64,000 nucleotides of DNA from a virus (IMGVR_UViG_3300027734_003164:128001-192000); one strand, 5' to 3'. Counted from the stretch's first letter, positions 28,020-38,067 are shown. Notes: generated by a model not told the origin, from the letters alone. Program-made: numbers and translations.

Positions 28020-29141
28020 ATGGCAACTACTGTAATTATCACCGAACCTGAAAGAAGTAAATTATATAAAAGAATAAAAAATCTTTTAGGTGCCCCTATT
28101 CGTAGTGTTGAATTAGAAGATGAAATGATGGATTCATTATTAGAATTATCTATTCAGGATTACGCACAACATGTAAACGATTGGTTGATTGAGGCTCAAT
28201 GGTCTTCTTTGAATGGTTTGAATTTAGATGAGCAATCACTAACAAGAGCCTTTACTACAAGAAGTATGGATTGGGAAACACAATATACTTACGCGTATTC
28301 AAAAATTGTGGGATTACAAGCTGGTGGTGATTATGTATTGAAAAAAGATTATATCGATTTAGTTTCTAATCAACAAATATATGAAATACCTGCAGGTCGC
28401 GAAGTTAATGAAATATTATGGTTTTCTCGTTCTGAATTAGACGCAGCATATTTTGACCCGTTTATGGGTGGATTTGGTGGATTTGGCGGTATTGGTTTAG
28501 GCGGTGGGGCAGGATTTTCTCAAATGGGGACAACAGGAAATTATTTTATTACACCAGCCTTTGATATTTTACTTAGAATGGCTGACATTCAAATGAAAAG
28601 AAGAATCATAACAGGAGATTTGACTTATAGAATAACAGCACTTCCTGAAGGAAAAAAAGCATTACATTTAATGAATGTACCTGGTGGAAAATTTGATTTT
28701 GGAAATATTGCTTATCAAAAATACAAAGTATGGTATTGGTATTATGATACTTTTGATAGAGATGATTGTTTAGCGAAAAATCCTGACGTTGTTAGACTTC
28801 CTTCTGACGTTCCAATTGATGAAATGAGATGGGATGAATTAAATTCACCAGCAAAAACTTGGGTTAGAAGATGGTTTACTGCGTATTGTAAAGAAACTTT
28901 GGCAAAAGTAAGAGGTAAGTATAGTGGTAGTTTGAAGACCCCTGATAGTGAATTAACCTTAGAGTGGCAAAGTTTAAACACTGAAGCTAAAGATGAAAAG
29001 ACAATGTTGTGGGAAGAATTGAAAGCAAGACTTGAAAGATTAAGACCTGAAAAACAAATGGAGCAAAAAGCCTTACAGGCCGAAAACTTGAACAAAGCCT
29101 TGAAATTTAGAGCATTTACAAGTCCTTATAATATCATATAA
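28020..29141 (+). CDS. Neck / head-tail adaptor protein (T4 gp13-like)
   Basis: I..LLGAPIRSVELE...W...Y..A.CKE.L..VRGKY. Confidence 0.75.
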   Translation: MATTVIITEPERSKLYKRIKNLLGAPIRSVELEDEMMDSLLELSIQDYAQHVNDWLIEAQWSSLNGLNLDEQSLTRAFTTRSMDWETQYTYAYSKIVGLQAGGDYVLKKDYIDLVSNQQIYEIPAGREVNEILWFSRSELDAAYFDPFMGGFGGFGGIGLGGGAGFSQMGTTGNYFITPAFDILLRMADIQMKRRIITGDLTYRITALPEGKKALHLMNVPGGKFDFGNIAYQKYKVWYWYYDTFDRDDCLAKNPDVVRLPSDVPIDEMRWDELNSPAKTWVRRWFTAYCKETLAKVRGKYSGSLKTPDSELTLEWQSLNTEAKDEKTMLWEELKARLERLRPEKQMEQKALQAENLNKALKFRAFTSPYNII

Positions 29142-29148
29142 TTTTTTT

Positions 29149-29481
29149 ATGTCAGTATTTAAATCTATTCCTTCAATTAGAATAATTAATGGTAATAGCG
29201 TTGAAACATCAGATTCTGCAATAGTTTCAAACTCTTATTATGAAACCAATGGTGAATACGTCATTATTGTTTCGGGAGTTGAAAATTGTGAACTTTTGTT
29301 AAATTCATCAAATACCGACCACGTTGTTGTAAAATCTATGACGAATGTTTTAGTAAAGGGAGACTCATTAATTGATGAGCAATATGAAGAAGTTGAATTA
29401 ACTAAAGGCTCGTGCGTTGAGTTTAAAAAAGTCGGAAATTACTGGTATATATTATCTTCAGACGGATTAAAAAACTCTTAG
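29149..29481 (+). CDS. Hypothetical beta-rich protein, probably structural
   Basis: 110-aa ORF 7 nt after the neck gene; ends VEFKKVGNYWYILSSDG. Confidence 0.6.
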   Translation: MSVFKSIPSIRIINGNSVETSDSAIVSNSYYETNGEYVIIVSGVENCELLLNSSNTDHVVVKSMTNVLVKGDSLIDEQYEEVELTKGSCVEFKKVGNYWYILSSDGLKNS

Positions 29482-32306
29482 TCGAAACTAAGAGCCATTA
29501 AATCCCCATCCACATCAAATTCAAAGTATTCATCAATATCCACCTTTTTTTGTTGTACGACAAACTCTTCCATTAACTTTTTGTTGTTTTCAACCCAATC
29601 AACATCCACTAAATCAACAGTACCATCTAAATACATATAGTAAGGGTCAATACCTACGTTTTTCCAAAACGTTAATTCCATGTCAGATAAAGTTAATACT
29701 TCCTCTAATGTATCTTGATGAGCCTCTTTCATTGGGTAACCGCGTACTAATTCAGTTTGAGACTTAGTAAAGATAGGTCTATCTTTTGGGTCTTCAATTA
29801 AAATGTCTTCTCTGATTTCAGGTCTATAAACAACAAGTAATGGTTCGATTCTTTTGTTAAATGCTGCCAAATATCTTGGAACATTATACTCACCCAATAA
29901 ATCAGGATTCATTTCAATATCACGTTCATCAATCATATAACAATTCAAAACCAATTCATCTTTTTTCTTTTGAACGTCTCCATGTGATTTTTTCTCACCA
30001 TTATTAACATAGAAGATAGTATCACCAAGACCTGGATTTTTACCTTCTTTAATCAAAAGTTCCATATGCGCCTGACGGGACATCATATTTCCTGCCTTTG
30101 TAGTTTTAGTAATGTGAACTTTGTAATCGTCTATTGATTGTTTTACCCGAGCTTTGTTTGCAATTTTTGCCAAAGGGATTTGTCTATTATAAAGTTTGTC
30201 CACATATTCATAGTAAAAATCTAAAAACTCACCACCCTTACCGTCTAACAACATTCTAAGCCCCTTATCCAAAAATTCAGCAACATATGTTTGAAGTTTT
30301 TTAGATTTAATACTATTTCCTGTAAGTTTTACTTTACCCTTATCTGTAAGAAGTGCATAGTTTTTACGAGCCACATTAATTGTTGATGGCCAAACACCGT
30401 CAATATCCAATCCCATTTCACCTCGTAAAAATAAATCATTGTATTCTGCAACATCCGCTTCTGCTCCAATATATTCCTTACCTTCTTTAACCAATCCGTT
30501 CAACCCCTTTCCAATATACTTATACTCTTCTCTATCTTGTGGTGTTTCGAAGTTTACACCATCCGTATCCATTACGAGAGGAACATAACCTCTTTTCATA
30601 AAGAACATAATCATTTGACGTAGGTATTGTCTACCTGTACAAGTAATCTGTTCACCCATATCAATATCACCCCACGGAAAAACTTGTGGTGCTGATAATG
30701 AACCAAAGAATGCGTTGATAAAGATTTTAATTGGTAATTGTTTTCTGTCGTAAGAAATCGCAAGTTTTGGGTCAATAGATTTATATTCACTTGATAAGTT
30801 CTTGTATTTAATACGAGTATCACGGAAATACTTTAACATACTTTTCATTGCTCCTGTTACGTCACATTTAGGGAATACGTCGTGAACCAACTGAATAGAT
30901 GGGTATAGTGAAGAGTAGTCAAGTTTCAATACGTTTTTAGAGAACCCAACCTGTACTAAACGAGAAAGACCTCCTGTAAATTTTCTTTTTTCTAATTTTC
31001 TTGGTAATGCTAAGTTATGTTTATATGACCATGCTGCCATAATCATTTTCCATAATGTTGCAGTTCCCATAGTTGAAAGTCTTTCATATGTTGTTGGTAC
31101 AAGTTTAGACAATAAGAAGTTTGCTTGATTAAACTGTTCATCAACTATCATCGTTTCATAAAGGTCATCGTCCAAGTAGTCCTCAATAATTTTTGAACCT
31201 GTAACTAATTTATAAACATCATCTCTTCTTTTACATATTTCATCTATTTTTGAATCAAATCCAACTTTCTTATATGCTCCGTTTTCTTTGTTCATCCAAT
31301 ATTCAAGATTATCAAAATAAATTTTACCAATCTTATCCCCTTCAACATAAACACGATTTGGTTTTTCTGCTTCAATAAACTTGGTAATATACTTCAAAGA
31401 CCAACTTTTAATGTCTGAGTTGATTGCTTGAGCTCTACGAACCGCATGAGCAATATCAACAATATTATATCCCCACATTTGAGTTTGAACGTATGGTTCC
31501 ATTTCGTTCGCCAACTTTAGAATACCATCTTTTTGTTTTAGTGTATAATCAGGATGTAAGGTCTTGCAGATTTTTTTGATATTAACTTTTAATATTTCAG
31601 CTCTTTTTAGAATAAATGGGAAGTCAAAGAATGCTGAGTTGTAACCCCCAATCAAAGATGGTTTTAACTCATCAATAGTCTTAAAGAAGTCGACAATCAT
31701 TTGTCGTTCTTCATCTTCATTTTGTGCAGATAATAATTTTAGAAAACCACGATTGTCTTTCATCCCAATCAAGAATATCTTACTTGTTTTAGGGTCAAGA
31801 CCTGTGGTCTCAATATCGAATACAAACCTGTGGATTTCATCGTATTCGTCAAAACCTTTGAATAGTCTTTTACTTTTTTGAATTAAGTATTGTTCTACGG
31901 GTGATAATATTTGAATTGAATCTGTGTTGTCTCTACCCCATGGGTCTAATCCTCCACCTTTAAAGAAGTTTACAAGATTGGAGTATGACTTTGTTGTTTT
32001 AACCAAATACCTCAATCCGTTCTCTAAACGTTCATCATCGTGAGTATCAAGTTTTTCTATGATAATACCATTTTCACTCATCGCACGTTTTTGTGCGTGT
32101 TTGTCGTTCTTGTAAAAGTTTTTACCTTTCAAGTCGCCAACCCAAGCAAATGGAATAAATGTGTCGGGGCGTAATAATTTACCCTTAACAGGGTCTTGGA
32201 TTACTTTATAAATTTTAGATGATTTGTAATCGTATTCGAGTGATACGATATATTTTTCGTCGTCTTCGCCTAATAAAAAGCGTTCAATTTCTTCTTGTGG
32301 AACCAT
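29478..32306 (-). CDS. Family B DNA polymerase
   Basis: Exo motifs FDIETTG, YNSAFFD, YLDDDL; polymerase motifs LDYSSLYPS, KIFINAFFG, MDTDG. Confidence 0.95.
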   Translation of the reverse strand: MVPQEEIERFLLGEDDEKYIVSLEYDYKSSKIYKVIQDPVKGKLLRPDTFIPFAWVGDLKGKNFYKNDKHAQKRAMSENGIIIEKLDTHDDERLENGLRYLVKTTKSYSNLVNFFKGGGLDPWGRDNTDSIQILSPVEQYLIQKSKRLFKGFDEYDEIHRFVFDIETTGLDPKTSKIFLIGMKDNRGFLKLLSAQNEDEERQMIVDFFKTIDELKPSLIGGYNSAFFDFPFILKRAEILKVNIKKICKTLHPDYTLKQKDGILKLANEMEPYVQTQMWGYNIVDIAHAVRRAQAINSDIKSWSLKYITKFIEAEKPNRVYVEGDKIGKIYFDNLEYWMNKENGAYKKVGFDSKIDEICKRRDDVYKLVTGSKIIEDYLDDDLYETMIVDEQFNQANFLLSKLVPTTYERLSTMGTATLWKMIMAAWSYKHNLALPRKLEKRKFTGGLSRLVQVGFSKNVLKLDYSSLYPSIQLVHDVFPKCDVTGAMKSMLKYFRDTRIKYKNLSSEYKSIDPKLAISYDRKQLPIKIFINAFFGSLSAPQVFPWGDIDMGEQITCTGRQYLRQMIMFFMKRGYVPLVMDTDGVNFETPQDREEYKYIGKGLNGLVKEGKEYIGAEADVAEYNDLFLRGEMGLDIDGVWPSTINVARKNYALLTDKGKVKLTGNSIKSKKLQTYVAEFLDKGLRMLLDGKGGEFLDFYYEYVDKLYNRQIPLAKIANKARVKQSIDDYKVHITKTTKAGNMMSRQAHMELLIKEGKNPGLGDTIFYVNNGEKKSHGDVQKKKDELVLNCYMIDERDIEMNPDLLGEYNVPRYLAAFNKRIEPLLVVYRPEIREDILIEDPKDRPIFTKSQTELVRGYPMKEAHQDTLEEVLTLSDMELTFWKNVGIDPYYMYLDGTVDLVDVDWVENNKKLMEEFVVQQKKVDIDEYFEFDVDGDLMALSFD

Positions 32307-32369
32307 ATTTTATATTATTAATTTTGGGTTATTATTCTCACAAACTATGTTGTGGTTTCCCTTTTTTAA

Positions 32370-32401
32370 TAAATATAAAAATGTCTTGTCTTAATGTCAA
32401 A
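32370..32401 (-). promoter_or_regulatory. Bacteroidota-type promoter for DNA polymerase
   Basis: TTTG-N20-TATATTTA on the minus strand. Confidence 0.55.
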
Positions 32402-32750
32402 CGATGTTTATATAAAGATTTTCTCTAATTGGTGAAATCAATTCTCCATTTTGTAAAACTATGGAAAATTCACCTATAAACCTACCTTTTATTTTTGTAT
32501 CATTCGCAGTCCATTTGTAGTATAAATAATATTCAGTTGGACTATCAGGGTTATTTTTTAATTTCTCGACAATATAAGCTTGGTTCATAAATATTTTTTG
32601 TATTCCATTCTTTTCGTCTTTCATTGAAAAACGAATAATTGCATTATCTAAAATTTCTATAATATTTTTATAAGAGTCACTTCTACCGTCCACGACTGGT
32701 TCCATTTTCAAAATTGGTAATGTAGAGTTTTGATTTATAAAAAATTCCAT
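32397..32750 (-). CDS. BppU-like baseplate upper / fibre-anchor domain protein
   Basis: FFI.QN.TLP.L...I.FSM...Y.W...DT...G.F.GEF.I pattern. Confidence 0.55.
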   Translation of the reverse strand: MEFFINQNSTLPILKMEPVVDGRSDSYKNIIEILDNAIIRFSMKDEKNGIQKIFMNQAYIVEKLKNNPDSPTEYYLYYKWTANDTKIKGRFIGEFSIVLQNGELISPIRENLYINIV

Positions 32751-32768
32751 TTTTTCTTCTTATGTGGT

Positions 32769-35465
32769 TTATGAACAATTATTTAATACTTGAGTAACAA
32801 TTCCATTCGAAATACTTATTAATACGTAGTTTGCTCCGTTTTGTGCGATATAAAATCCTGTCATACCATAGTAATTACATGTCGTAGGTCCACTATAGAA
32901 CACCGTACCAACTTGAATTTGTGGAGTATCAATGTGCATAGGATTAATTGCTCCATTGGTGTTACATGTTCCGGCAGATAAACACAACAACGAACTACAA
33001 GCCAACGAATAATTATTTGAAAAATTACCGTATTGATTGGTAGAAAAACTTAAATATGAAGATAAGTACGGGTGTGTTGTTAAGCAAGGTATTGGTGTCG
33101 GAGCAGGAGGACATAACGAGCAATCTGCGTTTTGACCATAAACTTGACCGTTCCATGTCACGGTTTGAGGCCCTGCAGATGGACCTGTAACAATATAACA
33201 TTGACCATTTGTTCCACCAACAACATAATAGATGTCAAGATTTTGATATTGTGGAGGTATTGAAATAACTTCCGCTTCAGATTCACCTAAACACGGTATT
33301 GCCACTGCAAGTATATTTGCGGGCGTAGGGGTTGGTGTAGGTGTAGGAGTTGGGGTCGGTGTCGGAGTTGGTGTAGGTGTAGGAGTTGGAGTCGGTGTCG
33401 GTGCAGGCGCCAAACAATTAGGACACCAATAATCAAACAAATTAAATTTATCTTTTAAAATTCTAAAGTTGTGTTGTACTTGAGGACTTGCAAAAGGTTC
33501 AGTATACATTCTAAACTGTGATATACCACCCATAAATGAACCCCCAAAATTTTGTTCAACTAAAATATTTGTCGATAAAGAATTTAAAGAAGTTGCTGAT
33601 AAAATTTCATCTGGAAATAATTCAGGGTCTTGTATGTAAGGACCACTCAAAGGTATATAATCACCAATAAAGGTTAAAGTACTAGCAGTTGATGCCGATG
33701 TAAAGTAAGGTATTGAACCATATTCTACAGTAATTGTATTTGATTGTCCTGTCAAACCTGATAATGTTATTATACTCCCGCTACAATTTGTATAAATTAA
33801 ATTTGTGCCAATATTACCAACAGACCAAGACCATTGTTGACAAGAATCAAATATTAAATTGTCGTGTAATCCTTGACTACCTCCACCCCAAGAAATATTA
33901 AACGGTACACCGATTTGTTTTTCTTTTTCACAATTTAATTCTCTTGGGATTATTTCTTCAAAGTTTTCAATTATGGTGAATAAGTAACCGTTAATATATA
34001 ATTTGAGTCTTCCTAATCTATACCAAGTATCATCAAACCATTTATGGTCAAAAACAATTCTATAAACTTTATTTTCTTTTGTGTCACCAGAATGTGTTTC
34101 AGGTGGCATAATCAAATTATATGCAGTCCCGTTTAAAATAGATTGGTAAGTTACCTCTCTTATATCCCCTAAACCACCAAGATTTAATAAATCACACTCT
34201 TCCATTGTTGTATATCTTTCAAAAACTGCCGTAACCATTACCCATCTGTCTTCAGTTATTGTACCACAAATGTAATCACAAATTTCATAAATTGGGGGAG
34301 TACATACTTCTGTAATTGTATATCCTGTTTGAAAAGTAACACCAGTAGTTTCACAAACACCTGTTGTAACACAATCTCCTGTAATTTTTATGTATTTTAC
34401 ACATAAACTTGGATTTAAAGGGCAACCACTAAATCTCATTGATAATCCATTTGATAATACATCAAACTTGGGGTCTAAAGGAGGGTTTGGAATTTGTTCT
34501 GTACATCCTCCGCAATTACACCCAATATTATGATACGCTGTAGTTGAACTTGTGGGGTATAATTTTACACAATTTGCATTTGTGTATCCCGTTTGATAAC
34601 AAGTACAACTACTTAAACTACCTAAACCTATTGTACTTCTAGTATATCCCGAATCAGATTCAGGACTACCGCTTGCGTAATGATAAAATTTGTTTTCGGC
34701 TCTTGTCCCAAAATAGAAAAAAGTGCCGGAATTACTTGGGTATTTTGTATTTAAGTATTCTTGTGTTAAAGTATTAATTCCGTATTCTTCTATGTTTCTT
34801 GGTTTTATAACCGTCTCCATAGTCCAACCTTTATTTACTCGTTCAGGAAAAACTTCATAGTCATAACCAAAAAGTTTATAAAATCCTTGATAAAACCCAC
34901 CATATAGTTCTTGATAATAACCGACCTTTTGGTTAAATTTTGACACAATATTATACATAGATTGCTTAGGTCTTCCTGAAAAAACCACATTTGGTGGATT
35001 AGTATAACCCGTAACCATATGCATCTTCATACGTCTATCATAATAATAGGGATTAAATTTAAAATCGTTTCTAATCCCCATGGTGTAGTACAAAGTTTGA
35101 CCAGTTAAAGATGTAAACAATCCATTATCAGTACCCACTAATCCCACGTCACAAGTTCCTGTAAATGCTGATATACAATTTAAATCAACATTATTAGGGT
35201 TGTAATAATTTTTACTAACTAATGTGGCGTTGATATAAAAGTTATTAAATAACATAGGTATTTGAGGACAAGTATTGGAATTTCCTAAATCAAATAAAAT
35301 TGGAAGTCTATTTCCGTCATTGTATGCGATGAGTTCGTTAGAGAATACCACTTCTTCATCGTAGTCTTTTTCGTCTCCGACAAGTGTAAAATCAAAATAG
35401 TCCGCAAAATTTAATTTTTGGGAATATTTTGGTGTAAAATATGAATTAATACTTTGACTTGGCAT
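32769..35465 (-). CDS. Cys-rich virion protein with LamG/ConA-like fold, PT linker and C-terminal accessory domains
   Basis: GWTMETVIKP, W..V..VF, G.LKLYING, QIGVPFNISWGGG, F.GGISQFRMY fit LamG-like beta-sandwiches; (PT)13 linker. Confidence 0.55.
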   Translation of the reverse strand: MPSQSINSYFTPKYSQKLNFADYFDFTLVGDEKDYDEEVVFSNELIAYNDGNRLPILFDLGNSNTCPQIPMLFNNFYINATLVSKNYYNPNNVDLNCISAFTGTCDVGLVGTDNGLFTSLTGQTLYYTMGIRNDFKFNPYYYDRRMKMHMVTGYTNPPNVVFSGRPKQSMYNIVSKFNQKVGYYQELYGGFYQGFYKLFGYDYEVFPERVNKGWTMETVIKPRNIEEYGINTLTQEYLNTKYPSNSGTFFYFGTRAENKFYHYASGSPESDSGYTRSTIGLGSLSSCTCYQTGYTNANCVKLYPTSSTTAYHNIGCNCGGCTEQIPNPPLDPKFDVLSNGLSMRFSGCPLNPSLCVKYIKITGDCVTTGVCETTGVTFQTGYTITEVCTPPIYEICDYICGTITEDRWVMVTAVFERYTTMEECDLLNLGGLGDIREVTYQSILNGTAYNLIMPPETHSGDTKENKVYRIVFDHKWFDDTWYRLGRLKLYINGYLFTIIENFEEIIPRELNCEKEKQIGVPFNISWGGGSQGLHDNLIFDSCQQWSWSVGNIGTNLIYTNCSGSIITLSGLTGQSNTITVEYGSIPYFTSASTASTLTFIGDYIPLSGPYIQDPELFPDEILSATSLNSLSTNILVEQNFGGSFMGGISQFRMYTEPFASPQVQHNFRILKDKFNLFDYWCPNCLAPAPTPTPTPTPTPTPTPTPTPTPTPTPTPANILAVAIPCLGESEAEVISIPPQYQNLDIYYVVGGTNGQCYIVTGPSAGPQTVTWNGQVYGQNADCSLCPPAPTPIPCLTTHPYLSSYLSFSTNQYGNFSNNYSLACSSLLCLSAGTCNTNGAINPMHIDTPQIQVGTVFYSGPTTCNYYGMTGFYIAQNGANYVLISISNGIVTQVLNNCS
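33321..33401 (-). repeat. (Pro-Thr)13 linker
   Basis: 27 alternating P/T codons with varied third positions. Confidence 0.95.
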
Positions 35466-35472
35466 TTTTATT

Positions 35473-35501
35473 AATAAATACTTTAACAGAAGATATTTAT
35501 A
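35473..35501. promoter_or_regulatory. Back-to-back late promoters (TATTTATT minus, TATTTATA plus)
   Basis: 35473-35480 faces the 35465 ATG; 35494-35501 faces the 35515 ATG. Confidence 0.65.
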
Positions 35502-35514
35502 TAAAAAGTATTAA

Positions 35515-36231
35515 ATGAAAACTTATAAATATTCTACAAAAGAAAGAGCAGAAAGAGTTGCTAAGACTTTAGGATGTACAGGTTCACACCAACATACAGA
35601 AAAAGGTAAGAAGATTTTTATGCCTTGTAAGAGTCATGAAATTTTCACAAAAAAAACAAAAAACTCAGATGGTGAGGTTACAGAATTGGTAGATGATGAT
35701 GGAACTTGGAAATCATCTTCTATACCTATTTTGAATCCTGCAACGACAGGAACAAAAAACAACCCGACAACTACAGATAAAATTGTTTCTATGAGTAAAA
35801 ACCCAAGAGACCCACTTTTAAGGGGTTGGTATGGTTATTATGGTGAAGGTCACGTAAAAGAAATTGACATGTCGAAGGCTTTTGGTTTCGAAGACACAAA
35901 ATTTATGGATGCAGAAGAAACTGAGAAATTTTTCAAAAAAGAATTAAAGTTAAAACCACAAAACGCAAAAGTAAGAACATTAGACCAAGGAAAGAAAAAA
36001 GGGTTAGATAAAAAAACACCCCCACAAATAAAAAAGAAAAAAGGGTTTATAGATAGAGAAATACTAAAAGAGTTGGAATTAGATGAGGAAATTTTATTAG
36101 ACAAATCAAGAAAATCAGACGATGGTGTTATTGGTGATTTAATTAAAAAAAATGTAAGAGCCCTTAAAAAAATGGCAAATGACAACAACATTTCTCTTCA
36201 AGAATTAATTTATATGTTAAAAGATGAATAG
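35515..36231 (+). CDS. Hypothetical late protein with N-terminal Cys/His motif
   Basis: GCTGSHQH...FMPCKSH; late promoter upstream. Confidence 0.7.
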   Translation: MKTYKYSTKERAERVAKTLGCTGSHQHTEKGKKIFMPCKSHEIFTKKTKNSDGEVTELVDDDGTWKSSSIPILNPATTGTKNNPTTTDKIVSMSKNPRDPLLRGWYGYYGEGHVKEIDMSKAFGFEDTKFMDAEETEKFFKKELKLKPQNAKVRTLDQGKKKGLDKKTPPQIKKKKGFIDREILKELELDEEILLDKSRKSDDGVIGDLIKKNVRALKKMANDNNISLQELIYMLKDE

Positions 36232-36688
36232 TTCATTATACGATAGAAAGGCGGTTGTGCCCGATACATTGTTAAAACATTTAGAACAATGTTTTAGTTC
36301 GACAGATGGTGACGAAGGAACTGAAGGGTATAATAGAAATAAAGAATTGCGTGAAAAAAAAGTTGCAACCTACCAACAAATAAAAAGAATAAAAAATTGG
36401 TTTGATGGTTACAACGGAAATAAAAAGGACGCTCCTTTTATTTTAAACGGTGGAGACAGAATGAAATCTTGGTGTGATGAGGTTTTAAAAACTTGGAGAA
36501 ACAGTGTCGAGGGTGGAAAAAAAGTTAAAAGTGATACGGGAATGCAAAACCAGTTTAACGACACTCATGAAAAAAATGGCATTAATTTAATACCAAGTAA
36601 AAGACATGAAAAGGGGGGAAATAAATTTGATACGTCAATAAAAGAAGAAGTTAAAAAAATAAACTATTTAATTAAAAAAATATTGTAA
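36224..36688 (+). CDS. Hypothetical late protein
   Basis: 154-aa ORF overlapping both neighbours (coupled). Confidence 0.7.
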   Translation: MNSSLYDRKAVVPDTLLKHLEQCFSSTDGDEGTEGYNRNKELREKKVATYQQIKRIKNWFDGYNGNKKDAPFILNGGDRMKSWCDEVLKTWRNSVEGGKKVKSDTGMQNQFNDTHEKNGINLIPSKRHEKGGNKFDTSIKEEVKKINYLIKKIL

Positions 36689-36981
36689 TGGCAGTTCAAT
36701 CAGATAAATTAGATTTTTCGCAACCTGACAACACGTTGTCAAAAATTGCCGAAGAACAAAGAAGAAAAATGTTCGCTCGTAATGATTTCAAGGAAGTTAA
36801 TCCCTATTCAAGTGTTAATCCCGCAGCATTAGCAGATGGTGATGGTAAAGGTAGAGGTACTGGTGGTGATTTAGATATATACAATCAAAATGCAGGAACA
36901 GCACTTGATAGATTTGAAAGAAAAGACGATTTGAAAAGTAATAAATTTTCAGAAAAAAATCCTTATTACGTTCCACAATGA
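36688..36981 (+). CDS. Hypothetical late protein
   Basis: 97 aa, TAATG coupling; Gly/Asp-rich core ADGDGKGRGTGG. Confidence 0.7.
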   Translation: MAVQSDKLDFSQPDNTLSKIAEEQRRKMFARNDFKEVNPYSSVNPAALADGDGKGRGTGGDLDIYNQNAGTALDRFERKDDLKSNKFSEKNPYYVPQ

Positions 36982-37367
36982 AATTAGTCAGCAATCTTAG
37001 TGAATTGATTACAGAAATTGCCGCAATTTCTGACATGACGGATTCTATTAAAAAAAGAAACGTGGTAACAATTTACTATGATGGTAATGATAATGGTGGT
37101 AAAGGATATAGAACAATAGAGCCTGTGTGTTTAGGATTTTCAAAAAGAGATAATATGGTTTTAAGAGCGTGGGAAAGAGAAGGTGCTTCCTACAGTGCAC
37201 AAAATAAAGGTAATGTTTTACCAGGTTGGAGATTATTTAGAGTAGATAAAATCTTTACATATAAACCCTCCTTTGATAAGTTTGATGAAGTTAGACCTAA
37301 CTATAATCCACAAGGTGATAAATCAATGATTAGAGTTTTACTTAACGCTAAATTTGATAATGAATAA
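36978..37367 (+). CDS. Stand-alone WYL-domain protein
   Basis: V.IYY...R.IEP..LG...LRAW...WRLFRVDKI WYL core; no HTH. Confidence 0.8.
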   Translation: MKLVSNLSELITEIAAISDMTDSIKKRNVVTIYYDGNDNGGKGYRTIEPVCLGFSKRDNMVLRAWEREGASYSAQNKGNVLPGWRLFRVDKIFTYKPSFDKFDEVRPNYNPQGDKSMIRVLLNAKFDNE

Positions 37368-37380
37368 AAAATAAAAAAAT

Positions 37381-38016
37381 ATGTCATCAGCAGAAGAATT
37401 AATGCAAAGATTGGCCGTGTCCAAAAAAATTATGGACAGACAGAGCACAATAAAAAGAGGTGAAATTCCACAAAATATTAATGCGGCACCAATGTTAGAG
37501 AGTTTTAACACTCCTCAGGCTACGTATAACATACCACAAGAATTTTTATCTGAAACCCCAACACAGAGTCAAAAACCAAACTTTGACCCAACAAAACCAA
37601 TTGAAGAATCAAAAATTTTAAATTCAAAATTACCAGAGGAAATTAAAAAATTAATGATTGAAAAACCAATAATACAACCCAATACTATGTCAAGTGCATC
37701 AATATCGGATGATATTATTGAAGGGGCACAAAGACTAATGAAAATGGAAAGTAAAAATTTACAACCATCCGATTCATTACCAAAATCAAATATCAAAACA
37801 ACAACTCAAAACGTACAATCACAATTTAATATAAATGAAATGAGAACAATGATTAGAGATGTTGTAAGAGATGTGGTTAGAGATGTTATTAGAGAAGAAT
37901 TGCAAGACGCTGGTGTCATCAGCGAATCATCTGAAGATGCCAACGAATCAATCCAATTTAAAGTTGGTAAACACATATTTTTAGGTAGAGTTACAAAAAT
38001 TCAAAAAGTAAAATAA
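37381..38016 (+). CDS. Hypothetical protein
   Basis: 211-aa ORF with A-rich leader, followed by a terminator. Confidence 0.75.
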   Translation: MSSAEELMQRLAVSKKIMDRQSTIKRGEIPQNINAAPMLESFNTPQATYNIPQEFLSETPTQSQKPNFDPTKPIEESKILNSKLPEEIKKLMIEKPIIQPNTMSSASISDDIIEGAQRLMKMESKNLQPSDSLPKSNIKTTTQNVQSQFNINEMRTMIRDVVRDVVRDVIREELQDAGVISESSEDANESIQFKVGKHIFLGRVTKIQKVK

Positions 38017-38030
38017 CTTTAAATAAAATT

Positions 38031-38067
38031 AAAAAAAAATCCACCTATTTTAGGTGGATTTTTTTTT
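38031..38067 (+). terminator. Rho-independent terminator (symmetrical A9/T9 flanks)
   Basis: AAAAAAAAATCCACCTA-TTT-TAGGTGGATTTTTTTTT perfect inverted repeat. Confidence 0.9.

Noticed and set aside
29478-32306. Intron or intein in DNA polymerase or helicase
   Set aside because: Motifs are contiguous, with no C/S...HN-C/S/T splice signature or homing endonuclease motif
33321-33401. Repeat tract as a microsatellite or phase-variation switch
   Set aside because: Third codon positions vary, so the repeat is at protein level (PT linker), not a slippage-prone DNA tract
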